In this document: positions 43,528 to 52,477 of the stretch, piece after piece | Layout of the letters: each line of letters opens with the position of its first letter | Position numbering within the stretch: position 1 is the stretch's first letter | Virus record (IMG/VR): IMGVR_UViG_3300027808_002177 | Span: 15,243-79,242 of that record | DNA: 64,000 nt | DNA from: a virus | Taxonomy: Duplodnaviria; Heunggongvirae; Uroviricota; Caudoviricetes | Reading direction: 5' to 3' (one strand) | Made by a program: the position numbers and the translations under genes | Notes under the pieces: generated by a model | Told to the model about the DNA's origin: nothing | The model's database searches: none | What the model saw: the letters and a program-made list of their open reading frames with translations, nothing else

Positions 43528-43568
43528 TTTAGTTTTTCCTTATATTGTTAACTAAGTTTACTTGGAGA

Positions 43569-43937
43569 TTAACTTATAATCTTCCAATTTGTGCCATCAT
43601 ATACTACCTGTATATGGGCATATCCTCCATTGATCAATGCAAAGGAGCCGCCGTCAATGGTCTTTCCTCCTGTTGATGTAATGGTGATTGGATTGGTTGC
43701 AGCAGTGCCGCTGAAATCTTTAATATAAAATGAACGCTTTAGTACTGTTGACTTACCAGCCTCGTATTTTTTGTCGTTGCTTTCATCGCCGCAGCAGTCT
43801 TCACCATTGGCGTTACCAGTTGATGGTAGTACCACCGAAGCAGCGCCAGATGTTATATTGATAAAAATTACTTGATCTGTATTCAGAACAGCATATGGGG
43901 TTGTGGTGACAATTTTTGTTGATAGATTCAATGACAT
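43569..43937 (-). CDS. small putative virion protein, 'NPITIT' paralog 2
   Basis: C-terminal FYIKDFSGTAATNPITITSTGGKTIDGGSFALINGGYAHIQVVYDGTNWKIIS. Confidence 0.5.
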   Translation of the reverse strand: MSLNLSTKIVTTTPYAVLNTDQVIFINITSGAASVVLPSTGNANGEDCCGDESNDKKYEAGKSTVLKRSFYIKDFSGTAATNPITITSTGGKTIDGGSFALINGGYAHIQVVYDGTNWKIIS

Positions 43938-44488
43938 TATGAGATCCTGGTTAGTGTTACTTTTGCGCTAGAGCCCGAAGGTCTAATGGGCGCTACTCTT
44001 GGTGGTAATGCTAGTAGTTGCATAGTAGTGTCTGCACTGCTCCAGCATAGTTCGACATTTCCGCCAGCTGGTATATCTAATGTAAAATTACCAGTGACAA
44101 AGATTGTATCTAATGCGCCAGTTAAGATTAAATCTTGGGTTGAACCCACAATGTCAACTCCATTCAGCCGCATCCAAATTGTAATGGTACTTGCTCCAGC
44201 GGATGTTTTGTTCACATTCATTGTAAACACAGTATTGTATGTGCCGGCATTGGCAACAGTGAGTTGAGTGCCTGCAACAATGCTAATTCCGTTTGCGGGC
44301 CCAGTGAGGTTAAATGTCACTAGATTAACAGCACTTGCTACTGGGTTAATTTGTGTGCCGTCAGTGAAGAAGCCATAGTTAAGTAAGCCAAGGGTTGCTG
44401 ATACTACTCCAGCAGTCACAGTTAAACCTGTGCCGGTCTTCATTACTCCCCATTCGGTAGTATTAGTAATAGGTAATTTATATGTCAT
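43937..44488 (-). CDS. beta-rich putative structural protein (183 aa)
   Basis: Gly/Thr/Val-rich (TGTGLTVTAGVVSATLG...). Confidence 0.45.
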   Translation of the reverse strand: MTYKLPITNTTEWGVMKTGTGLTVTAGVVSATLGLLNYGFFTDGTQINPVASAVNLVTFNLTGPANGISIVAGTQLTVANAGTYNTVFTMNVNKTSAGASTITIWMRLNGVDIVGSTQDLILTGALDTIFVTGNFTLDIPAGGNVELCWSSADTTMQLLALPPRVAPIRPSGSSAKVTLTRIS

Positions 44489-44736
44489 AGTTTAGTCGGC
44501 CAAAGAGTTGTCCACGCTGCACACCACCATTTGGGTTTTACAGGTGCGTCCCACTTTTCGCAGAAGCGTGTATTAGTTGTCAAGCTAAAATGGCTGCAGG
44601 TAAAGCAATTTTGTCCTGCTGGTGCGCCGTATGCAGCCGGCATGTAACTGTCGGGTAAATTTTTTGGAATTGTGTCACCATCGGGATAAACATCCATTCT
44701 TGTCATTCTTTTGGTTGCCATTAATCGATACTCCAT
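44485..44736 (-). CDS. hypothetical protein (83 aa)
   Basis: ORF. Confidence 0.4.
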   Translation of the reverse strand: MEYRLMATKRMTRMDVYPDGDTIPKNLPDSYMPAAYGAPAGQNCFTCSHFSLTTNTRFCEKWDAPVKPKWWCAAWTTLWPTKL

Positions 44737-45155
44737 TCTGATCCGTTAAACACAAAGCTCAGGCTTCCGTAGTCAACGTTAATTGTCGCAGAAGCCGCAC
44801 CATCTATGGTACTGCCTATTGCTGTGATTGTAATTGGGTTAGTGGCAGCGTCGCCATCACAATCTTTTACTTCGTATACTTTGCCCACCACGCTGGTTGG
44901 CAATCTAACAGTTGCTGGCCCGCCAACATCAACACATAAAAAGTATTCGGTTGGTCCCGGTGTGTACGGCGTTACAGTAACGTCAGTTACAGGTACAATT
45001 GACACGTTGGTAATAGTGCCCAAATTGATAATATCATTGCCATAGCCGCCAATGCTGCTGCTGATTTGTGTGACCGGAGCACGTCTTGCCACTCGTCCAG
45101 GTCGACGGCGTCGGTACTGCCAGTACGAGTATAAGCCTAAATTGTTAAACATCAT
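44721..45155 (-). CDS. small putative virion protein, 'NPITIT' paralog 3
   Basis: C-terminal YEVKDCDGDAATNPITITAIGSTIDGAASATINVDYGSLSFVFNGSEWSID. Arg-rich N-terminus. Confidence 0.5.
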   Translation of the reverse strand: MMFNNLGLYSYWQYRRRRPGRVARRAPVTQISSSIGGYGNDIINLGTITNVSIVPVTDVTVTPYTPGPTEYFLCVDVGGPATVRLPTSVVGKVYEVKDCDGDAATNPITITAIGSTIDGAASATINVDYGSLSFVFNGSEWSID

Positions 45156-45167
45156 AATTTGTTTTCC

Positions 45168-45692
45168 TTAATAATTTCCACGGCCGCCCCACTTGGTGAA
45201 TAGGCTTTTAAATTTGTTTTCTAATAACGAATCTGTCACAGTTGGCTCGGCCACTGGCTCGACTGCGGCAACTTCTTCTTTTGCTACCACATCTGTTATT
45301 AGATCAGCAGTCTCTTCTACGCATACTACTTCTTCTGGAATTTCAGCAAGTACAATATCACCCCCAGCTTGCAATATTTCAATTGCAGCAGGAGGAGCCA
45401 CGGCTACATCCATTGGTTTGCTTAATACTTCAGGTTTAGGTACCGCAGTATTTTGCGTTAGCGAGTTATAAATTGTAACACCACGGGCAACTACTTCTTC
45501 TTCTGTTGGGTAAACAAATTTTGTAGTAAACGGTATCAATGTACCAGCCGAAGTCCAGGCAGTTCTTGCTGTAGTGATCCAGGCAGTATGAGCAGCTGAA
45601 TGACTCTTCATGTATTCTTCATTGAGTTGCATTCGGGCCAACTTCAATATTTCACCAAGACGCTGTTGCTCGGCCAATTGTTGATTTGTCAT
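45168..45692 (-). CDS. hypothetical protein (174 aa)
   Basis: ORF. Confidence 0.45.
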   Translation of the reverse strand: MTNQQLAEQQRLGEILKLARMQLNEEYMKSHSAAHTAWITTARTAWTSAGTLIPFTTKFVYPTEEEVVARGVTIYNSLTQNTAVPKPEVLSKPMDVAVAPPAAIEILQAGGDIVLAEIPEEVVCVEETADLITDVVAKEEVAAVEPVAEPTVTDSLLENKFKSLFTKWGGRGNY

Positions 45693-45931
45693 TGAAGTAC
45701 CCCATGCTTAAACAGCACAGCAAATATTGTGCCTGCGATACCAGCCGCCAAGGAAATAAGCCCGCCCAGCATAATATTACGAATACGTTCACTTCGATCG
45801 TCTGCGGATTTGAGTTTGCTTTCTAAATGATCTATTCTAAGCTCAGTTGCAGTACGGCGCTGAGCACACAGCGCAACATGCGCTTCTAAGTCAGTCAATT
45901 CTACATCTTTACTTGAGCTTATTATTGCCAT
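45689..45931 (-). CDS. small tail-anchored membrane protein (coiled coil + C-terminal TM)
   Basis: C-terminal LGGLISLAAGIAGTIFAVLF. Confidence 0.45.
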   Translation of the reverse strand: MAIISSSKDVELTDLEAHVALCAQRRTATELRIDHLESKLKSADDRSERIRNIMLGGLISLAAGIAGTIFAVLFKHGVLQ

Positions 45932-45934
45932 AAT

Positions 45935-46591
45935 TTACACCGAAAATTCTAAAGGTGACTGTGCAATAATGCCGCGACTGATCAGATCAGCAATGCTGGT
46001 ATAACCTTTGTGAATATGATTTGGTATGCCCGACACAGCAATTTTGAGAATGTTGTCAAGCGAAACAGAATCAGTGGCAAAATCTTTTGCCAAGCGGGCT
46101 CGGAAGTTGTCGACCCACAATGCTGTCAAATTGATAAACATTTCGTCAAGTGTGTCTCGGGGCCAATAATTGGGATTAAGCTCGTTTAAGTAATTTGCAA
46201 GTTCATTGATTTGCTTGTCCCATATAGTTTCGTAAGCAGCAATATCTGCGCCAGTCTTTAGTGATTCTGCCACACGCTCGCCATTGGACACAATGACGCT
46301 TAACAAGCTGCCAATTTTTCTAGAAGCATTTAGACCATAATATGGTGTAAAGTAGTTGCCGCAAGCAAATGCTGCCCGCTTTAAATTTTCCGAAACATTT
46401 TCACTTTCCATTCCGCTGTATAGCGCAACTGAAAAATTAATCATGCCTAAACTATAACGTGTCCATAGAGTTCTATTGTCCATGCGAAAGTTCATAGTTC
46501 TTTCATTAATGACAACTGTTGGCAGCGGATCGCTTGCCAAGGGCTTTACCAGCCGGCCATTAACGTATTTTGTATGTGTTATTGTGTACAT
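45935..46591 (-). CDS. hypothetical protein (218 aa)
   Basis: ORF. Confidence 0.5.
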   Translation of the reverse strand: MYTITHTKYVNGRLVKPLASDPLPTVVINERTMNFRMDNRTLWTRYSLGMINFSVALYSGMESENVSENLKRAAFACGNYFTPYYGLNASRKIGSLLSVIVSNGERVAESLKTGADIAAYETIWDKQINELANYLNELNPNYWPRDTLDEMFINLTALWVDNFRARLAKDFATDSVSLDNILKIAVSGIPNHIHKGYTSIADLISRGIIAQSPLEFSV

Positions 46592-46595
46592 CTAA

Positions 46596-46769
46596 TCACC
46601 ATATAACTGTTGGAGTGGAAATCTGATTTACCCCCACGGCGGTGCCGGTGTTCACAAAGCCTTGATTAGACACTGCGCTACCAATGATGTTGTTGGCGTT
46701 ATAACTCCAAGGGTTAAATCCCGGATACGCAAAACTTCTGTAGAATGGATAATAATAACCTGAAAACAT
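46596..46769 (-). CDS. small Tyr/aromatic-rich protein (57 aa; below the ORF-track cutoff)
   Basis: MFSGYYYPFYRSFAYPGFNPWSYNAN... preceded by a perfect AAGGAG SD 5 nt upstream. Confidence 0.4.
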   Translation of the reverse strand: MFSGYYYPFYRSFAYPGFNPWSYNANNIIGSAVSNQGFVNTGTAVGVNQISTPTVIW

Positions 46770-46780
46770 TTTTACTCCTT

Positions 46781-46810
46781 AAAAAAGTGAGCCAACCTTG
46801 TGAGTCGGCC
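46781..46810 (-). terminator. candidate rho-independent terminator after the GY-rich gene
   Basis: Minus strand reads GCCGAC-ucacaag-GUUGGC followed by UCACUUUUUU. Confidence 0.35.
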
Positions 46811-46823
46811 CACTGTGCTCATT

Positions 46824-47042
46824 TTATAACAAGCCGCCTGAGATGCCACCGTAGTAGCCACCGTAGCCACAGCCTAAGCCATAACCACAACCTCCGTACC
46901 CTAGGCCATAACCATAGCCCGGGTAACCATAGCCATAGCCCAAGCCATAACCACCTAGCACGCCGTATGGATAACCAATACCTGCTGCCAAATAGCCACG
47001 ACGGCCATAACCACCAAGCCCAATAATTCCGGATCTATACAT
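46824..47042 (-). CDS. Gly/Tyr-rich low-complexity micro-protein (72 aa)
   Basis: GYGLGYGYGYPGYGYGLGYGGCGYGLGCGYGGYYGG. AAGGAG SD 8 nt upstream of the ATG. Co-oriented with its neighbours. Confidence 0.7.
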   Translation of the reverse strand: MYRSGIIGLGGYGRRGYLAAGIGYPYGVLGGYGLGYGYGYPGYGYGLGYGGCGYGLGCGYGGYYGGISGGLL

Positions 47043-47058
47043 AATAGTATCTCCTTAA

Positions 47059-47613
47059 TTAATTGATGCTAGTAGGTGTAGAAGTTTGTGTAGTACCTGT
47101 CATAGTACCAGTGTTTACTAGACCTTGGCTAGAAATTGCGCTTTGTAATGCGTTTACTGCGCTTACTTGATTGGCACTTTGGTAAGCACTTACTGCGCCA
47201 CCATAAGCAAGACCCAAGCCACCAAATTGAACGCCCAAACCAGTTAATGCTGTGTTTGTGTTGATCAATGCTGTGTTTAAGTTTTGTGTGTTCAAGTCCA
47301 CGATTAAGCGACGAGTAGCTTCTGCTTGCTCCATTGTCAAGCGTTGTGCGGCAGCACTTGTTGCACCAATTGCAGCGTCTGTGCGAGCTGCGGCCAACAT
47401 AGTTTGAAGTGTGCTGTTGGCAACTTCTTGCTTGATGCTAGCTAGTTCGCTGGAGTCGTGTAGCGCAACCTGCATAGCACGGTTGTTGATGTCGTTTGTT
47501 TGAGCGACCTGTAGTTTGTAGTTTTCAAAAATTGAATCAGAAACCTTTTCACGTACACCAGCTACCTGGTTTGTCAAAGCGAAGAAGGGATCAGTTGTTA
47601 GCATATCAGCCAT
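47059..47613 (-). CDS. hypothetical Ala/Thr/Gln-rich protein (184 aa)
   Basis: ORF. Confidence 0.5.
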   Translation of the reverse strand: MADMLTTDPFFALTNQVAGVREKVSDSIFENYKLQVAQTNDINNRAMQVALHDSSELASIKQEVANSTLQTMLAAARTDAAIGATSAAAQRLTMEQAEATRRLIVDLNTQNLNTALINTNTALTGLGVQFGGLGLAYGGAVSAYQSANQVSAVNALQSAISSQGLVNTGTMTGTTQTSTPTSIN

Positions 47614-47810
47614 TTTATTTTCCTTTAAAGTAAAATTCTAGGCTGTATGTTTGCCTAGGATCTGACTGCAACAAAATCAATTTTGCCACAGTACAATATT
47701 AGTTAAAGGCACAGGTGCTGATTATTCAAAGGCAAAAGTACTATACTGTGCGTCAGTACTACAGTCAAAAAAATATCCCCATGAAGGGGATATTTTAACC
47801 AGGTTGCAAA

Positions 47811-48500
47811 TTATGCGTGTAGCCCTTTGTTACCGGCCAGAGCCAGCTGAGTTCTGTTTCGGACTCCGTATGCTTTTAAAATAGAACTGATATGTACCTT
47901 GACAGTACTTTCACTGATGTTTAATACTTGAGCAATCTTTTTATTGCTGAGTCCTCGATTTGCTACCAGTGTCATAATTTCACGTTGTCGTGCAGTCAAC
48001 CGAATTCCGTATTCCACTGTGGATCTAGTAGATGATTTGATTCGTTGAACAATGTATGCGTCGGGCCAGTGTGTAGTACCCGACAATAAAGTGTTTAAGC
48101 CGTCAAAGAAATCGGCATCCCCAAACGTTTTAAAATTTGGTACAATGCCGCTTATGTTGCTTTTCTTTAAATGCTGAACAAACTTTTGTTCACATTTATC
48201 ATTTATTAAAATTCCTATTCTTACTTTCTTTGGTCCGGATATGGTAGAAATAGTGCGAATTGCGTCTACTATTTCGTTTAGTGTTGTTCCGGGAAATGCA
48301 AGTGAATCTTTGTTGAATATCACCAAAGTAATATCCTGATCAACACTGTCATTGTGGCAGAGTTCTTGACAAAGCAGGCTCATAAGACCTGGCCAAGAAT
48401 CTACTACATCAATGGTACTACTGGTAATGTCGCTGATTGCAATTTTAGCGTCTACGCTTAATTGCGTTTGTAATGTATCAAAATAAATTGTTCGTTTCAT
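47811..48500 (-). CDS. LuxR/FixJ-family transcriptional regulator (C-terminal GerE HTH)
   Basis: LTARQREIMTLVANRGLSNKKIAQVLNISESTVKVHISSILKAYGVRNRTQLA matches the LuxR-type HTH consensus. Receiver-sized N-terminal domain. Confidence 0.8.
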   Translation of the reverse strand: MKRTIYFDTLQTQLSVDAKIAISDITSSTIDVVDSWPGLMSLLCQELCHNDSVDQDITLVIFNKDSLAFPGTTLNEIVDAIRTISTISGPKKVRIGILINDKCEQKFVQHLKKSNISGIVPNFKTFGDADFFDGLNTLLSGTTHWPDAYIVQRIKSSTRSTVEYGIRLTARQREIMTLVANRGLSNKKIAQVLNISESTVKVHISSILKAYGVRNRTQLALAGNKGLHA

Positions 48501-49167
48501 AGTTTGTCTCCCGTTAATACTTACTGTGGTATTCTACATAATTGTTCCGGCTGTTGTATTACACTAAACTTCAGTTGTAAGTACGTGTCACGCTAGCAGT
48601 ACTTCAGCTAACGCTTACAACAATTATAACGTAAAATTAACCAATGAAGTTACGATGTAATTTACAAAGATTGTTAAATGTTATACAACTTAGTCCGAAA
48701 AATGAGTAGTAAGTAGCAGGAACATTCAAGTACTACAAAACTTGCACTTGTTTTAATTATAGTACTTGGGACAACTATCTGTCAAATGGAAACTGGCTAA
48801 CTTGGAAAGGTCCAAGTTATCGAACGAATGCTTGAAAGTAGTAAGTGGTAGGCTGGGTCAAATACTCGCGAATGATGGCAACTCCTCCCAAAGGTTGCCA
48901 TCCTGCTTTGATTAATAATGCAACTTGTAGATGGAACTCATCGTGCGTTGCATTGATTACTTTATATTCCTGGATCACATCATGCCTTGGTAGCATCCAT
49001 TAGATCTTTGATAAACTTGAACAGTTTACGTTGGGTGTCAAACACATAGTCCTTTTCACCCTCTTCTGACTCTACTGTCAGTACAAAGCCATTGGCCACT
49101 TTACGAATTTCCATACGTTCAAACATGATATTTCCTTTAAGTTAAAATTAAACTGTCAATGGGATTA

Positions 49168-49407
49168 TTAATCCCAATTCTTTTTGTCACCGCTGTGCTC
49201 ATTGTAATCGTAACCAGCATTGTATGCTTCGATTTCAAATTCAGACAACTGTTCAATTCGAGGACCACTGTCACCACCTACGCCGCCACGGTGCGGGGTA
49301 CGTCGACGACCATAGTAGCTGTCGGCTGAACCACGATCAAAAGCATTGCCGTGTTTCTGATTGTATGTCTTGCCGTTAAACTCAATTTTAGTAACTTGTT
49401 CAAGCAT
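49168..49407 (-). CDS. hypothetical protein (79 aa)
   Basis: ORF. Confidence 0.4.
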   Translation of the reverse strand: MLEQVTKIEFNGKTYNQKHGNAFDRGSADSYYGRRRTPHRGGVGGDSGPRIEQLSEFEIEAYNAGYDYNEHSGDKKNWD

Positions 49408-49416
49408 ATCAGTTCC

Positions 49417-49632
49417 TTAGATGTAAAAAGCTGATTTGAAACCACAAGCATCGTAAACCGATTCACGAACTGCGGTGTCTGTTGCTTCACCAAAGTCTTT
49501 GGGGAAACGTTCTGCCAAACTGCCAAGTTCATTATAAACTTGGGGCCAATCCAATTTGAGGATTCGAGCAGTACGGACGATTGCATCAACTGCCGCGTTA
49601 CCAGCTTCAGAGAACATAGCATAATCAGACAT
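49417..49632 (-). CDS. hypothetical protein (71 aa)
   Basis: ORF. Confidence 0.4.
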   Translation of the reverse strand: MSDYAMFSEAGNAAVDAIVRTARILKLDWPQVYNELGSLAERFPKDFGEATDTAVRESVYDACGFKSAFYI

Positions 49633-49643
49633 GGTGTTTCCTT

Positions 49644-49994
49644 TTAAAGAGTGTTAAGAGCAGGTTGCATAACTGCAATCAATTCGCGTTCACGAGCGTG
49701 AGCCGCTGTCTTGCCACGCACTACTTCCAGCAAGTAAGGAGTGAACCCTTCGCGTCCGTGTGTACGAAGTGCAGTACACAGGTTCCAGTTCTTGCTTTCA
49801 GTATTAGCACGGCTAAGGTGACGGTTAAAACGTCCACGCACAGAACCCAATGCAGTACCATCAACCACAGTGATACCAATGTAGCTTTCGCCAGTCACTT
49901 CGCAAAACAGTTCGTAAATCGCATGGTTACGATCTGTACGGCGCTTGCGTTGTGTTGGAGTGTTTTTGCAGTTCATGTGTTTATTATACTGCAA
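49644..49994 (-). CDS. stand-alone GIY-YIG nuclease domain protein
   Basis: AIYELFCEVTGESYIGIT ... R..RH ... RERELI..MQPALN follows the GIY-YIG pattern. Confidence 0.65.
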   Translation of the reverse strand: MQYNKHMNCKNTPTQRKRRTDRNHAIYELFCEVTGESYIGITVVDGTALGSVRGRFNRHLSRANTESKNWNLCTALRTHGREGFTPYLLEVVRGKTAAHARERELIAVMQPALNTL

Positions 49995-50077
49995 TCTGGT
50001 CCAGAAGTCAACCGTTTTTAGTGAGTTTGAGCCAGATTTCTGGACTATTTTCGTTGTATTTTAGCAACATTTAGGCC

Positions 50078-50126
50078 ATATTATTATATTATATTATATA
50101 TTATTTTAATATATTATATATTATTA
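50078..50126. repeat. AT-only microsatellite-like tract (ATTAT/ATATT units)
   Basis: ATATTATTATATTATATTATATATTATTTTAATATATTATATATTAT lies between the lipoprotein gene stop and the GIY-YIG start. Confidence 0.6.
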
Positions 50127-50429
50127 CCTGCCATAACCAGATCTATATGCTTCATTATCTCGACGCCGCTGTTCTTCATAATAACGTTGACGTGAACCAC
50201 GTTCACAAGCGGCACGTTGACTGTATAATGAATAATGGTTACACACGTCATTAACAATAATAACTTGTTCTTGGACTTCACGCACCACAACTGTTCTTGG
50301 TTGTGACATTGCTGTACCAATGACCATACCAGCAGTACCTGCCACAATAGCAGTACCTGTTCGAGTTGCACATCCACTTAATATCACGACCATTATGGCT
50401 GCAACGAGTAGTTTAATCTTTGTCATCAT
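50124..50429 (-). CDS. small lipoprotein with glycine-zipper segment
   Basis: MMTKIKLLVAAIMVVILSGC lipobox. AIVAGTAGMVIGTAMS follows. Start placed at the internal ATG. Confidence 0.55.
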   Translation of the reverse strand: MMTKIKLLVAAIMVVILSGCATRTGTAIVAGTAGMVIGTAMSQPRTVVVREVQEQVIIVNDVCNHYSLYSQRAACERGSRQRYYEEQRRRDNEAYRSGYGR

Positions 50430-50570
50430 ATTCCTCTGTTTCGATATCAATTCGTAAATCACCGTATATTATCAATAACTCTCGATTACTGATATTATTC
50501 CAATTTGTGTCAAGTTCTTCGCCTAATACGGCCGCTAAACGATGACATTCCTTGATTACCATGTCACGCA

Positions 50571-50960
50571 TTATCGACGCATCCTGGCAATATCTTCTGC
50601 ATCTTCAGTTCTAAACACAGGAACTGCGTTTGACTTATGAAGTTGTCCAATTCCAATCATTTTGTCGCCAGTATAAACTGGAACAGGCTTTAGTGTAGCA
50701 TTGCCATGTCCGCTGTCGCGACTGGGAATACGAGCCAGTTCAGCGCCACGATGAACTTGTTTTGGAGTAACGTATGGTTCGGCAGCAAGAGCACGAGTTC
50801 GCTTTTTATCTTCTGCAGCCACACCCCAACGCTTTTGTAGCTCTTTCCAATCTGCGTCCAACTCGCGGGCCTTTCGTGCCATCTCAGCAGATGCAAACTT
50901 TTTCTTGCCCTTACGTTTGCCCACGGTACTGAGCCATGGACCTTCCAAATGCATAGTCAT
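50571..50960 (-). CDS. hypothetical basic protein (129 aa)
   Basis: ORF. Confidence 0.45.
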   Translation of the reverse strand: MTMHLEGPWLSTVGKRKGKKKFASAEMARKARELDADWKELQKRWGVAAEDKKRTRALAAEPYVTPKQVHRGAELARIPSRDSGHGNATLKPVPVYTGDKMIGIGQLHKSNAVPVFRTEDAEDIARMRR

Positions 50961-51025
50961 CGTAATCCTTGAGTGCTAATTTAATATGTGTAGTATAACA
51001 CCTTTTAAAGTGTTTGTCAAGTCAT

Positions 51026-51051
51026 AAAAACAGGTCCAATGGACCTGTTTT
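51026..51051 (-). terminator. rho-independent terminator abutting the TauD gene stop
   Basis: AAAACAGGTCCAaTGGACCTGTTTT hairpin. The minus strand then reads UUUUUAU. The core matches the 22277 palindrome. Confidence 0.55.
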
Positions 51052-51052
51052 G

Positions 51053-51904
51053 TTAAGCTATTTCAATGCTGTCAAATATGTTAAACGACAATCGCTTTAG
51101 TAGACGATCTGGTTCACCAGGTTGAAATGTCACAAGATCACGACGATGTACGCTGTTCCAGTTGTCATAAATCAACATGTCGCCATTTTCCCATGTATGC
51201 TTGTATCGTGTATTGGGCTTGCTTTCACATAAGCGAAAGATTTTTTCCATAAACTCACGGAAGTAAACAACTTCTTCCCCGGCCTTGGTGGCATGATGAA
51301 TCCAAGTCTTACCTTTACCATAGCAGTTCATTCTAGGGCTAACTCTGCCAGAATACGGATTGGTCTTTAAGAAAGGAAATTCGGTAAGTTGTGTACCCGG
51401 AGAATACATAAAGTGTTGAAAAATCTTTACGTCACTGTAATATGCTTTTTCTTCTTCGGTAAACTGATCGTAAGCAGCTTCTAAGTTAAGCCACTCAGTC
51501 TGCCCACTGTTGTCATTGGCGGTGCGCACCATGTACAATGAACGGGCCGGAAAGCTCTTTTCTCCAATGTGCGCCATGTCCGCATGATAAAACATTTCTG
51601 TGTCTTTCCAATGGTTATTTGTTGTTTTAAAATAACTGGTTGGAGTTGCCAAATTTTCTTTGTTTAGTGTAACATCAAACTTGCCCGACCCTGCACGATA
51701 ATCCTCAACAGTCCATAGCGTACCAAATTTACTTGCAACATCGTGAAACTGTTTGTCTGTCAAATCGGGACCCAATCCCTTAACTATAAGCAGTCCACGG
51801 TCAACAAGTCTATTACGCCATACAGCCGAAGACTCTTCCATTAGTTCGTTGTATGTTGTGGTAATTTCAGTGCACCAACCATCGTGTATATTTTTTATGT
51901 TCAT
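51053..51904 (-). CDS. TauD/TfdA-family alpha-ketoglutarate-dependent dioxygenase
   Basis: FYHADMAH (HxD) ... WENGDMLIYDNWNSVHRR is the characteristic TauD C-terminal motif. Confidence 0.8.
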   Translation of the reverse strand: MNIKNIHDGWCTEITTTYNELMEESSAVWRNRLVDRGLLIVKGLGPDLTDKQFHDVASKFGTLWTVEDYRAGSGKFDVTLNKENLATPTSYFKTTNNHWKDTEMFYHADMAHIGEKSFPARSLYMVRTANDNSGQTEWLNLEAAYDQFTEEEKAYYSDVKIFQHFMYSPGTQLTEFPFLKTNPYSGRVSPRMNCYGKGKTWIHHATKAGEEVVYFREFMEKIFRLCESKPNTRYKHTWENGDMLIYDNWNSVHRRDLVTFQPGEPDRLLKRLSFNIFDSIEIA

Positions 51905-51950
51905 ATTGATATTTATGTCCTTGAAATCAAGAGTGTAACCTAAAATTATG

Positions 51951-51984
51951 TTCTCAAATATAAAGCCGGTTACTTTATCCGGCG
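51951..51984 (-). terminator. rho-independent terminator
   Basis: Minus strand reads GCCGG-auaaaguaa-CCGGC followed by UUUAUAUUUGAGAA. Confidence 0.5.
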
Positions 51985-52216
51985 CTGACTTTATTAAGGC
52001 TCAGCAGTGTAATTACGCCGGTTGCTTACGGCAACTACTCGGACGCCTGCCCGGTGGGCTAACCGTTACGACAACGGCCCTAAGGTGGGTTCTTAGTATA
52101 AAATTATTTAGTGCTGGCTGTAGGGATTTTTAGGAGTATCATAACCATCATCTGCAGGGTATACAAGATAGATATCTGGACTAGGCACAGGTTCTTCCAA
52201 TGGTTCTACTGTAGGT

Positions 52217-52477
52217 TCATTCATGGGGCTTCTCACCAGTCAGTGTTGGTCTACTGAACCATAATTTAAACCAAGCATCTGTTCCGGGGCGGATGTTATT
52301 ATCTGCTTGGTAACGACCCAAGTTAGGTAATTGTGGGCTATTGGCTACCACAGGTTGTGCAACTGTTGTGTAAACGCCAGCAGCCTTTAATACTGCTGGA
52401 TCAACATACGCATCAGGAACCCCGGGATTGTTCCCTTGTGGGTTAAACATGCTGGCAGTTACACGATGCTGTTTCAT
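52217..52477 (-). CDS. hypothetical protein (86 aa)
   Basis: ORF. Confidence 0.4.
   Translation of the reverse strand: MKQHRVTASMFNPQGNNPGVPDAYVDPAVLKAAGVYTTVAQPVVANSPQLPNLGRYQADNNIRPGTDAWFKLWFSRPTLTGEKPHE

Noticed and set aside
46745-47026. His/Ser-rich plus-strand ORF (HRSSHRSHSLSHNHN...)
   Set aside because: It is antisense to the Gly/Tyr-rich gene. The minus strand has a perfect AAGGAG SD at correct spacing and matches the neighbours' orientation, whereas the plus frame has none.
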